Assembly (NCBI GenBank): GCA_002633005.1
Contig: NMRA01000355.1
Span: forward strand, 1-64,000
Reading direction: 5' to 3'
DNA: 64,000 nt
From: Phoronis australis
Taxonomy: Eukaryota; Animalia; Phoronida
This document shows, one piece after another, positions 52,564-64,000 of this stretch. Position numbers and translations under genes: made by a program. Position 1 is the first letter of the stretch. Each line of letters starts with the position of its first letter. Below the pieces are notes generated by a model that saw nothing but the letters and a program-made list of their open reading frames with translations, did not search any database and had not been told where the DNA came from.

Positions 52564-53030
52564 GTCGTGTGGATTTCGCAAGCTATTGTTTAACTTGCGA
52601 GATCCATGCGACGGGCGTAAGCGCGTGGCATGGTCATCGCCTTTGGAACGCTGCCATTGTTTCCCTTTGTTGGGTCGTTGTTGGATATAACAATACAGAT
52701 CGCACGGATATCGTACATTGGGCGCCCGTCAGTCGGTTCTCGCCCTTATCTCCATCATAAGAAAGAAAAACAAAGAGCACAGTAGATATGCCCGTCTAGC
52801 GATATGTATACGACGTGATTGCGCCCCAGATCCCCGTTTCGATCTCTCTTTTCAAACAACCCATCTCTTACAGCAGAATGATAATCCGCAATTTTGTGCC
52901 TCGTATCGAATATTTAATTTGGTTTAATAAACGTACCAATTCACGTGCAATTTCGGCAATGCTTGTGGGCCCGAGACTAAGATACAGTGTACATTGAAAG
53001 CGATATTTTTGAAAAATACATTGTGTTTCA
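52564..53030. repeat. Second copy of the 33540-34070 repeat, upstream of Amt
   Basis: Direct sequence similarity as described for 33540-34070. Confidence 0.8.
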
Positions 53031-55089
53031 GGATTGTCAAAAAGCTCGGATATCTCAACTCGTGTCTATGAAACCTAGGGTACAAGAACATGTCTTGTCT
53101 CCTCTCTTGGAAAGGGGCCAGAAGTGAAATTCTGATTAGAGGGAGAAGAATGCCGTTTCGCGTTTGTTGTAGTTTTGTGGACGTCACAAGACAAACGGAC
53201 TTGGTATCAATTAGCCGTTATTAGATTTCATTGCTGTGAATTACGTATTTTAGATGTCCTGAAACAGAGCGGTAATAAGGGCTTTTGTTGAACAATATTG
53301 ACGATTACGATGAGATCAGCTACTCGAACTACGATCTTAATGCTTAATGACGGTTCTAAAATAAAGTTTTCAAGGAGTATGAAGGCTTGTCATTTGTAAG
53401 CACCTTGTCCCGCTCCACCGTTAGTGACATGACTGCTTTTGAATTAAGATTTGACATTGTCTTTAAGAAGGGCGTATTAACCAGCGATCTTTAATGAAAT
53501 AGCACGTCGCTTCTCGATTGTTTATGTTTTTATTTTACCGAAGTCTAAAACCTAAGTCTAAGGTCTAAAACCACTCTGAGAGCCCTTGTAGCTCCCAAAA
53601 CAATTAAACCATGGGGAGCTTCATATTCCATGGCAATTCTTTTTCAGCGGATTGTTTGGGCATGCGCAATACCATTATCCACGCCAGTATTTTTTTTGCG
53701 TAATGGTGTCTCGACATTTGTCACCACATAAACGTATCCGACTGCAAGAGCACCAAGGCCGTAAAAACGGAAGTTTCCCTACAACTACGGAATTTCCTCA
53801 GCGGGATACTTCGTAGTTGCCTCTTGACCTACTGTTTCTGTAATAGGTACGGTACAGATCACGCAATAACACAACAGATTAGTTAAGGTCATCTTACAGT
53901 CTTGGTACATCTATGTAAAAGGGTAATTTAAGGTTGAGAACAAGTAGAGGCCATGATTCATGTATAACCAACAAAAAAGAACTTGCAAGTACTCTATTAA
54001 TTCACCGTACTTCATTTAGCAGGCAATTTTGCACTCGAACCTTTGTATATAAATGTGGTACATGCCGAGGCAAAGAACAATACTTTGTGAAACCTCCTCC
54101 ATCTGAACACCAGACAGAACTGATTGTAAGGTCAGTTCTAAACTATGCCCAACAGCAAGTACGAGCCATTTATTACATTAATCCAAAACTGTTAAGTAAC
54201 GTCACAAGACCAGTACACATGGACAACAGATTGTTTTTGGTCTAAGCAAAAAGTGCGCAATGAGCTATCAATTACGCCAATCTTGCATAAAAATTCGTTA
54301 CAAACTATAATTCTGTGAACCGGCCTAAACTGAAGCCATCTCTGAGAAACATCTTCGGTTAAATAATAGATGTAGGAAAAAACATTGCACCACCATTCTG
54401 TAGTATCCGAGAGGTTTTATTAATGTTTCACTCCACTTCGTTCGACGCTTTGTTTTTTTCACAATTTTGAGAGACATTAACATGGTAAACTTCTTTTACT
54501 CCTTTGAAATTTCCCAAAAATAACCTCGATGTATCGTGGACGACGCGGCATACTTACTTGATGCCTTCCCTCTCTAAGTTGACTCCAGTTAGCATATAAT
54601 GAGCTTCGTAGACCATAAAATAAAGTTAATTGAGGACTAAAGACAAATTTCTAGATAAACTCCTTATAATTAAGGAAATTAACATCAGAATTAAGTAAGT
54701 CGTGTACATGAGTTATGCCTGTTTGAAAGCATTGTAATTTTAATAGAAAACACGCTTGTTATCTATTAGTATACAGTATTCGAATTAAACCATAGACGAG
54801 GCTGATGAATGCCATCGTTTTCGGAAACTTACAATCTGAATTCATGTACACATTGAAATACCTCTTTCCAAAACGCATTAGAAGTGATTTGTGACATCTT
54901 CGTGAAATAGAAATACCGGAACAGTAAGTAATTCTTTGAAACTCTTGATAACATGCCATTTGCTAAAACTGTCAATGGATTTGTAGCACTTTGACAAAGT
55001 TGTCTCCAAAACCAAGTTAATTTAATTAAATCAGTTCTTAGCCACAGTAAGATTAAAAACCGGACGATCGCCGCACAAATGAAGAAGTT

Positions 55090-55143
55090 CATGATAAATT
55101 AACGTTTCGTCTATTCGATAGACAGCATCAGGATATTTACATG
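55090..55143 (-). ncRNA. Candidate degenerate type I hammerhead ribozyme of a Penelope-like element
   Basis: Minus strand: CAUGUAAAU-auc-CUGAUGCU-GUCUAU(CGA)AUAGAC-GAAAC-GUUA-AUUUAUCAUG; perfect 6-bp stem II and a stem I pairing; core reads CUGAUGC rather than CUGAUGA; 80 nt downstream of a GIY-YIG ORF end. Confidence 0.55.
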
Positions 55144-55222
55144 GGACAACAAGTGCCAACATACATGTCAGGTGTCATCCATAAAGTGAAGTGAGAGACA
55201 CAGAGTAAGCAGTTGCTGGTAA

Positions 55223-55890
55223 TCACCATAGTTGCAGAGTATCAGTAGCATGCTGATTCTGAATGGTCAGTGACTCTTAAATGTACAGTGATTCCTTATT
55301 AGTTTCACTGCAGATAACACTAACTGAATTGGCTTGGTGATTGTTGTTAACACAATGCCTATATATGTTGCTTTTCTCTGAGGTGTGATGTTCTCCCAGC
55401 CTGTCACATAGGCGTCTCTGTGTGAGTCCAATATAGAATTCCTTACAGTTGTCACATTCAACCTTATAAACAACAATGCTCTTGTTCAATAAAGGGATGG
55501 GTGACTTCGGTTTACATAGCATACCAGTGGCAGATTAAGGGTGGCCAAGGGGGCCATGCCCTCCCTAACATTCTACCAAATACCATTTGGCAGTTTGGCT
55601 GTTCGGGTGCGAATTGCTGACTAGCACGTGTGCGCAACCAGGCGGGAGGCTGGGGTTGAATAAACAATGCTTAGACCCTGTCTTTGTCCTGCCCAAATCC
55701 CGTATACCGTTTTTTGGTTAGTTAAAAGGTCCGTAAACCCAAAAATTCGAGACCCCTGCATCCCTACATTTTAGGCTGAGCGCACGCATCTATCGAAACT
55801 GTGGTTATTCCTGTGCCCTGACCCCCCTTAACCCAAAATCCTGGATCCGCACCTGCACACTGGAAATTTTCCGAGGAGGTTTGAATGTCT
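55223..55890 (-). mobile_element. Penelope-like retroelement 3' end (GIY-YIG endonuclease), interrupted by a MITE
   Basis: TFKPPRKISS|MLCKPKSPIPLLNKSIVVYKVECDNCKEFYIGLTQRRLCDRLGEH...LYI*ESLTIQ...LQLW*: VVY..C..C...YIG.T.R....R..EH signature with one internal stop. Confidence 0.88.
55525..55855. mobile_element. MITE, CAGTGGC.GAT...ATCCGC.CCTG family, inserted in the Penelope ORF
   Basis: Homologous to 5270-5538; flanks CATAC/CACAC; removing it plus one 5-bp copy restores the Penelope reading frame. Confidence 0.85.
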
Positions 55891-58800
55891 GGTGTTGAGA
55901 AAGGAATGTCTAAGTCACTAGATGGAATTTGATGAGGTGGTCGCTGAGGTTCAGAAAACCAAACGTCGTGCCCATACATACATGTAGGTTAGAATTTTGT
56001 TGTTCATGCCCCAACCAAGGAGAACGCTTCCCCCTCCCCACCTGGTATTTGGGTCCGCCTTAGCAAGCCGAGTATACATGCAAATCTTTTTACCTATATT
56101 CTTTAATTAACTCCGTATTGGTCTTACACAAACATGGTTTTCGCTGAAATCAAAGATTGTCAGCTGGCATTAAGTGCTCGAGAAAGGTTGTCATCTAATA
56201 CCAAATAGGGCACATATACGATTTCAGTACTGCCGGCAGCTTTGTGGTCATCGCTCAAGTTACAAGCAAGGGGCTCATTTCTGTGGTCTTACCGATAAAA
56301 AGCATATAGCTACAGACCTGTGCACGCACCACATTACGGAGGTCGTCACTACGTGATCTCCTGACCGCGCGACATTAAGGTGTTGAAACCAGTGCAGTTC
56401 AGCGTCAGCGACCGCTTAGAGTTAAAGCACATTTAAACCATTTAAACCACGGCAGAGTTGCACTCTACTCCATTGGCAACGTCACAGGCTACCTGTACAT
56501 TGTAATATAAGTTAATTTGTGATTTAATTTGCTCCAGGCTTGTGATTCGGAGATGAGCAGAGTCGCCGAAGACATTACCAGAATGTTTGATTTTACAACA
56601 CTTAAATACGAGTACCTTCACTAGTTATTTGATTTTCCATCATACTCCTGACTCGTAAAGCATGCAAAAATCCACAATAGTGAGAAAAACAAACTGCCTA
56701 TTCTTGAATAACCGCAATAGATTCATGTAGCGATAACGTGCACCGTATAATTATTTTCTTACTGAGCGATGTCTATATTTCCAATCCTTACAGCGTTGAT
56801 ATGATGATGATACTTCTTTAAACTTTTCTCCCGAAACAAAATCGTGAAATGGTCCCCAAATCTTCTTTTTCTTTAAGTAATACATTTCACATAAGCCTAA
56901 GATTTGTCTCAACTTCCAAACTTTGAAACTTCCCAATCTGGTAAGAAAGTCAAAATTAAGCGAAAAATTCTATGAAAATTTTATGTCAAACTTATGATCT
57001 CTTTCTTAAAACGGACTTGAGTCAAATTTAAGTTTTATTTTCTTAAAACTAAACTGAAATTTAAGATTTGTCTTAGCTATGACAATGGTCTCAGGTCAAA
57101 GTTAATAACTTCAAAATCTGTTCTATAAAACAATTCTAAAATTGTGTTTCAGACAGTCAATTCCAAAATTGCATTTTTGACCGTAAAACCGTATAAAGTC
57201 TCTTTAAACAATCATTATATGTCAGAGACAAATTGTGATTTGAAAAAGTACATTCTAATCGGATCTATTACACGATTGAGATTTTCCAGAGAACGTTTCA
57301 ACATGTTACAAGTTGGTAACCTTGCTTTTATCGTTTCCTATCGGAATTATTAATTGCGCCAAGGATGCGACAGTGCTTTGAGGATTTCAAAGCTTCTTAT
57401 AAGAGTTACCGGATTATAAGCAATTCCACTACCGTTTGCTCATCGATCGATTCGAGATTTGGAATGATAACTGAATCAGAATAGTAAAAAATCGATACAA
57501 ATTCAAACTCCTGCTTACATTCCCACCCATGGAAACTGTCTGTTGCGAGTTGACACCAACCATCTGTATGGCAACAACTGTATTCCCAGTTCTTGCGGAT
57601 ATTTCACGCGCAATTGAGTTGTGTGCTAATAGCTACATATACATGTAGGTTGCTCATTTACAGGTAGATATTAAAAGATTATTGAACACGTATGTTTTAC
57701 CCTTGCGGTTTTGTCACGCATCGTACCCCCAACAGGCATTCGTTGCATAAAACACAAACATTGATTAGGCCTGGTTTTCAGCAATAAATGAACTGCCGTA
57801 AACATGTTCTACTAAAAAGCTTCCATTAAAGACTAATATATATTTTTTGAGAAACTTCAGGTAATACCTCCATTTAAAAAAGTAAACATTAGTTTCACGG
57901 GGTTAAGTTTTTTGGTGAATTTTGTATTTATTGGAGGGCTGATCAAACGTGTTGTCCAGACTTCAATACGCGATTGTCACACCCAAAAAAATAGTTGGCT
58001 GGACTCAAAGCACGATGGCCGTGCTATAACCAATTGAGCGGTTCTCAAACACCACGGCTGACTACCTCAGAGACTCCTTTAAAAAGTCTCGAAGGATTCA
58101 AGAGACTTCTAGTGCTTATTTTTCGTACCCTATTGTTTCTTTTGTTTTAAATCGGCGTTTTGTTCGGTCATAGTTTTGGAGAACAGGCCGTTGCTTAAGG
58201 TCCAGTCAACCACTTTTTGGGTGCGGCCATCAGGTTTTGAAGTACCGACCAACCCGTTTTGAGGTCCGACCACAAAGTTAGTGACCTGCAGCTGGGGTTT
58301 GCAGTCCAGGCAGCTGGTTTTGAAGTCCGACCAATTGTTGATTCCACCTCTTTGTGTACATTTTGGCAGAACGGGTTTGTACGAAGAAAATGTACAGTGT
58401 GTATGTAAGTAAAAATCAGCCTCAAATTCACGGCGCAAACTTAGCTTAGACAAATGTTCTTCAAAGTGAAAGAAATGAACTGGGAGGACAAGGAATCCCG
58501 TGAACACTACAAATTTGTGAAAGACCAATCCAGAACATTGTCAGTTAATGCCACCCTACCCGTTAGTGCAGACGAATCACCGGCCATCTGGTTTCATTAA
58601 TAATGAGATTGATGGCATTTGTCGTAATCCCTGTAATTGGGCAAATGAACATTCTTTTTGCTGTCCAGTATCTATGCAGGTGTCTGAAAAATTAATGTTT
58701 ACTGGCGTTTTGTGGTATCATGTACCCACCCATTGCGTACCACCACGTCTGAGCATAAAGCCAGTACCCAGAAATTGCCAACACCCCTCCGTAAATAAAC

Positions 58801-59621
58801 GCTCATGATCTACCTCTTGTCGAGGCAACACGTACACTGTAACCCTTCGTCAGGCAGTAAAGGGGGTAGAACACCCCGGTTCTGTCCTTGTACCAAACTC
58901 ATTCTCGTGCATTTTGTCGGGCGGTTATCCAAGTCCGTTCACCGAATAAAAGGTTTTCACCTCGTCAAAAATATATTTAATATTGTCTTTTTAAAAGCAA
59001 ATACTTTCTTCAAAAATCCTTTCTGGGTCTATGCATATCATCGATGACGTGTGTTCACGTGAATTACATGTAAGACGCCTTTGGAGAAACATTCTAATTC
59101 GGTCCACCTTGATGGTCGCCGTGCGACATAACTACACTGTAATTAAATTGACCTCACCTGAATTAAGACCCCAACTACAGAGAGACTGGGTAGAGGAATG
59201 ACCGGACAGCTGACCCTTGCTAAATGTAGTACGTGAAGATATCCCGATTTGTGTCATAGGTTGCTAGTAGTGACGGTGAAGTAGCTTCATACGCCGGAAG
59301 CTTTTAGGCGAATTTTGCTTTACACTGATCAAAACTTCAAAGTCGTGATGCGTTATAAGAACCTTTTTACGAGTAGAGGGACATCTTAGGAGGCCGTCGA
59401 TGTCTTTAATTCTGTCCAAGTAAAACAAATGATCCCGCTCTCAAAATCGGAAACGCCGGGGTTTATGATATACCACCTGACACGCTCAGTGTTAAAATGG
59501 AATTTTTAATAAGGGATTCTGTTTTTAAGTTCAATCCATACTGTATATTAACTCTCGGGGACGTTCGAAACCCAACTAATTATAAATGTATATAATTTCC
59601 GTTCATAAAAGTCTTGTCAGG

Positions 59622-60190
59622 ATTTATTCATTGCTGGCTTATCAAAACATTTGCACTCTGGAACACTCCAAGGCAATATAAATTGTATCTAATGAGACAG
59701 ACTTTGTTTACATTTTACATAAGTATTGGTTAGGGTGAGGATAATTCCTTTTTAAACATAACGCACAATAATAAACGTCAACTCGCAATCCCGACTTAGA
59801 TACATGTAAGTGCTCATCCGGGGAAGACTTCACAGGTTGATCGATAGGTTTTACAGGCTCGAACAGAAATACACTGATCAAGAAATAATTGAGAGAATCC
59901 GTGAACGTGCACAGACAAAGGGACATACATGTACATGTATGGATAGTTCCGAAAACCGTTTGAATGACTTGTCATTGTGTGAGGGAGCTAACTGCACCAT
60001 AATGGAAACGACTGAAGCCTGCGTTTGCTGCCACGGAATTCCGCAGAAGAAGCGCAGAATGTGTCTCACGGACCCTCCTGATTTCGCACCGCATCTAAAC
60101 AGAGGTGTGCTTATGACGTTTTTTGTAGCTGACAAAAAGAACTGGCGAAAACTTCCTACACCCAGAAGACCAAACAGAAGTCTCACGAAC
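59622..60190 (+). mobile_element. Second Kolobok-like fragment with a KolX/P2X7-ballast-like Cys cluster
   Basis: About 330 bp homologous to 35440-35770, then ENRLNDLSLCEGANCTIMETTEACVCCHG...CLTDPPDF, resembling the RL....WC.C..C..M.T..EC.CC.E...CIT.HP.F pattern; no terminal repeats found. Confidence 0.65.
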
Positions 60191-61272
60191 AAGTCAGTCA
60201 TGAAACAGGTTTATAAAACGTTATGTTCTTCTTTAAAGCAAACAAGAAACGAGATTAAACACAAAAGAGCATAACTACATGTATCGTCGACATGACAGTG
60301 ATTTTAAGGTGTCTCATATTACAGCACATGGCAATGTGTTCTTACATGTAGGATTGGTGTGAAAGTGTTGTCCCGGCTGTTTCCAGTTTATCTTAATTAA
60401 AGGCCGTTTCTAGAAAACACGCTTTTGTTTTGGTTGAAAACGGTGGTTAGTAGCCAATGGGATGAAAGGAATCGTTGGATATTATTTTCACGATTCCTCG
60501 ATCTTAAGCAAATTTATGGGCCATGTTTTGTCGCTGAAGTATCTTTCCAGCTAACTGTTTTGATAGTCCACCATAGTATGAGCTGATTAGTTGGCAATTT
60601 ATGGTATCCCAAAGTTTGAGGTTTATAAGGAGTTTTCCACAATGCTTACTTTCTGTCATCGGCCATTTGTTGCGGGTGGTCAGTATAGACGAAGACAATA
60701 CAGTCTTCTCTGGTATAGGTGAAAATGTTACGGAAATTCAAAAAAAAAACGAAAGACTGCGATTTATCCCTTAGGCGTTGAATCTGTCGAGGGAAATACG
60801 GCCATGTAATAAAGTTTTCCGTATTCACCTCCCTCGCTACTTCAACAGTGACCTCTGACATGGAAAGTTCAAAAGGTAGGTCAATGTCGATTCGACGTTG
60901 ATAGCCGGTTCGATCACCAAACTTTCGGAAAATGGTCCAATGTAATACAATTATAGCATCGTTAGTAACGCTCAACATACAGTCAGGTCTCAATCGTAAC
61001 ATCTGGAACAGAACTGTTCATTATATGATAGTTCTGCCTCAGTTTTCATTTGCTACCGACTGTAACTATTTTATTGTCTTCAACTCAGGCGCCGAATTCT
61101 CGGTAAATATATTGTTATTTAACTATTTTCAGAGATGTTACAAGTTCAATGAAAAGTTACCCCTTGTTTTCATCTTTGTTATCTCTTTTCAAGTAATAAA
61201 TCGTCACATTTAAAACTGTTTCTTTTACTAGAGAAAACTTGCAGCCTAAGTACATGTACATATAATGTATAT

Positions 61273-61878
61273 AGACCCAGTTCACGCCGACAGGAGGCGC
61301 GTTCTAAAACGATTCTCGCTACGATAGTTGTGTTAGCTTACAGTATGGGCGTAGTGGTGTAGGTCCGCGTTACTCGAACGGTTAGAAAAAATATGGACAC
61401 TCAACTGTAAGCTTTACAATCCCTAAGGACGTTGAGATTCGGAAGCATGGGGTTGTTGCAATACGCCGCGACGAAGGAAAATCTTCAACTCGTCAACAAT
61501 ACGAGCAGATGACCTGGTTCGTGTTGAAATCATTTTTATCAACAATTTAATTACAAGAGGATGCGTAACCCTGCATTCAGCATAATACCTAATCCGTAAC
61601 ACTACAATCGCCGCAATTTGGTCATATTCACTTTTCATATTTCGAAAATAGTTTTACGAAAAAATATAACCTTTCGTCAGACAACTCTTGGTGCGTTGAC
61701 ATGTTCTCTAATCTATTTTTCGATGTCTCTGTGTTTCACTGTCGACACATTTTTAAGATTTAATATCCAGGTTGGACTCGAAAGACTGGCCATTTAACTC
61801 AGGCAATTTCAACTTTCGCGTTGTTTATCGCAGTGAGCCTCGCTTTGGATTTTAATCTCCGCCGCGTGAATCCGGTCT
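61273..61878. mobile_element. Non-autonomous TIR element, possibly ISL2EU-type
   Basis: Left end AT|AGACCCAGTTCACGC; right end reverse-complemented AGACCGGATTCACGC (12/15); a weak minus-strand remnant (LTKGYIF..NY; C.YC...YCN) is reminiscent of SWIM-containing ORFs; the right flank is TT, not AT. Confidence 0.4.
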
Positions 61879-63019
61879 TTTGCATGTCATCCGCCAAGTG
61901 AACAGTCTGAGTGAAGTACTTAAAAAAACGAGGCAAAAATTAAAGAAACTTAGGAATTCGAAGTGCATGGGATAAATACTTCGCTCGAGGACTATACGCG
62001 GAATATAATGTCTTGCGGGAGATTACTTCATGTACGCCACTCTCGATACGTTTTGTGTATATATCGCAATGCGTGTACTGTAAGCAAAGCACGTGATCAC
62101 AAAAGCTTTATAATCGTGATTTTTGCTTCCTACGAAACTCTACTGAGCTTTAATAGGGGTCTCGTACTGTATAATCTAAGATGGCACAAACTTCCATTAC
62201 CAGGCTGTGTGTTAGATTTCAGGCGGACGCAGCCCAGAGGGTATGTAGTCTGCCATAAGCTATTTGCTGGTCGGTGACATACATTGAACGATTTGGTAGT
62301 TTTATGTGTGTGGTACCTCGAATATATGAGTTAGATCATTTTGGGGGTTCTTTTGAGTTTCCTGGCGGACAAGTGCAATTCTTCTGTCGGGTCATTCGGC
62401 GTTCAGTGCGATTCGATTTTCCGCTTTGAATTAACTGTCACCTCAAATATATATACAGGTGTAGTAATCTAGCTCAAATCTCCAGGTGCATAGCGAAACT
62501 GAAATGTTTGCGGGTTTCCGGCGGGCACAACCCAAAGTGCAATTTCTCTGTCAAAGGCAATTTAGTGACCAGTAGCATGTATTAAATCATGTGGGATTTG
62601 TTTTTTGCGGAACCTCCAATATATGACCTAGCGCATTTTCGAGGGGATCCTTTTAAGGTTTCTGGTGGACCCGTACCAGAGGGCAACTTGTCTGTCTTGG
62701 GTGTTCAGTGCGTCACGATTGTTCGGCTTAAAATAGCTTTGGTCGGTACCTGGAGTATCCAATCTAGCTCATTTTTGGCCTCTTGCACGGGAGCCACACA
62801 CGGTGTGCAGACGACGACAGACAACCATTTCTATCCATACAGGGGTTCGGTGGTCATATGTTGGTACCTCGTTCATCTATGCTACACGTAAGTGCTATTG
62901 TCCGCCGGTCTATAGCCTTCTACACGTGATTCCGAGGTCTCGTCCCTATTTTCCAGTGGCCTTTTCCTAGTAATTAATGAAGGTGCATCATTAAAATAAG
63001 TGTAACGGTTGACCACAAA

Positions 63020-63274
63020 TTATTTCCGTTGTTTAATAATCATTAGATGATGTGATAACTCAACTATACCTTTGTTGTTTACGTCTGCGGTTATCTTTAT
63101 GGTCTTAAAATCACTATAGGGTGGTAACAGAACTTCATTAACGGAAACTTGATTGAAAGCACGACTGTACCTAAGGTTGCACAGCTTGATGTAAACTCGC
63201 TTATAATCTCTGTACAATTTCTTATCTTCCGGTGAGCTGCTGTAAAGCAAATTCCCAATTGACATTGCGAACAA
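63020..63274 (-). mobile_element. Penelope-like element ORF N-terminal remnant
   Basis: GNLL...KKLYRDYKRVYIKLCNLRYSRAFNQVSVNEVLLPPYSDFK resembles the PLE N-terminal K..R..E....K......S..FN..CL.E.LLP.YT..K pattern; no RT domain follows. Confidence 0.6.
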
Positions 63275-64000
63275 TCGTTAAAAATGTAGCTAAATTGGAG
63301 AGCATGTCTCATAGTTATGCAGACCGTAAAATGAGCAGTTGCTGGGTGTGTCCATTCAAGACCTTTTACGTTAATATGACCGGAAAAAATATAAAAGAAA
63401 CAGTGTTCACACGTGATCGGTAATAAGCCTGATGTGTAATTGGCTGGCATGTAGTCCTACCAGACAGTGGTCACTTTTGAATTGCCTAAGCAGTTGGCGA
63501 AAAACATTAGCATTGATAGCAAACACGCCAAGCCACAAATTAATCGACTTGGAGTCGCTGATGAATGAAAAGCAATCAATCAAAATATTTTGCTGAAGGA
63601 ATCTGGATGACAACTGAACAAGTGAGTTGTACTTTGGTCACATAAATCTTGGCCTTCTTGTCACGCAAGAAGGGCTCATTTTGAGGTAATTGGAGAATCC
63701 AAAATGATAATAAATGCCTAGCCTTGGTCATGTGGAGATGTACTTAATCTAGATACAAGTAGCGCAAACCACAAGTCATCGGTGTATGCCACGTTGTTGC
63801 CATTTTCAGCAAATCAAAATTTCCTCAAAAAAAGATTTGGTATATTTTAAACAGTAAGCGGGCGCATCACTATCAACTTTAAAGTGGTCAGCAACCCGTG
63901 TACCTTCTAAGAATCTTTACACACCTTAGCGCTATAAAAATGGTCTCGCCCAGTCCCCACTCGCATGAGATGTGCTTTTTTGAAGCCACAGATGAATCTT

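Noticed and set aside
60646-61002. 118-aa minus-strand ORF preceded by a plausible acceptor
   Set aside because: No recognisable motif and no partner exons found.
55223-63274. One continuous Penelope element from the N-terminal remnant to the GIY-YIG
   Set aside because: No reverse-transcriptase motifs were recognisable in the 7 kb between them; more likely independent fragments.

Overview
AT-rich, repeat-dense eukaryotic genomic DNA. It is probably from an invertebrate, because it carries a spliced Amt-family gene, which vertebrates lack. Most entries in the ORF track are spurious. Two convergent protein-coding genes can be reconstructed by hand with phase-consistent GT-AG splice sites. The first is a type II PKA regulatory subunit (+, 19673-24053, two coding exons, 363 aa). 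The second is an ammonium transporter (-, 51677-29670, seven coding exons, 617 aa) with a long C-terminal tail containing clustered RRxS motifs. The rest is intron and intergenic DNA filled with decayed mobile elements: a TTAA-flanked Kolobok-like element with THAP and KolX/P2X7-tail-like remnants (plus a second KolX-like fragment), Penelope-like fragments with a GIY-YIG domain and a candidate hammerhead ribozyme, CAG...CTG MITEs with 5-bp duplications, a tRNA-derived SINE and microsatellites. TACATGTA is strongly over-represented, and comparing repeat copies shows it behaving as a +6 bp insertion at TA, consistent with Tc1-type excision footprints. No prokaryotic-type system (CRISPR array, operon) is supported. 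All calls are from manual reading, without database searches.
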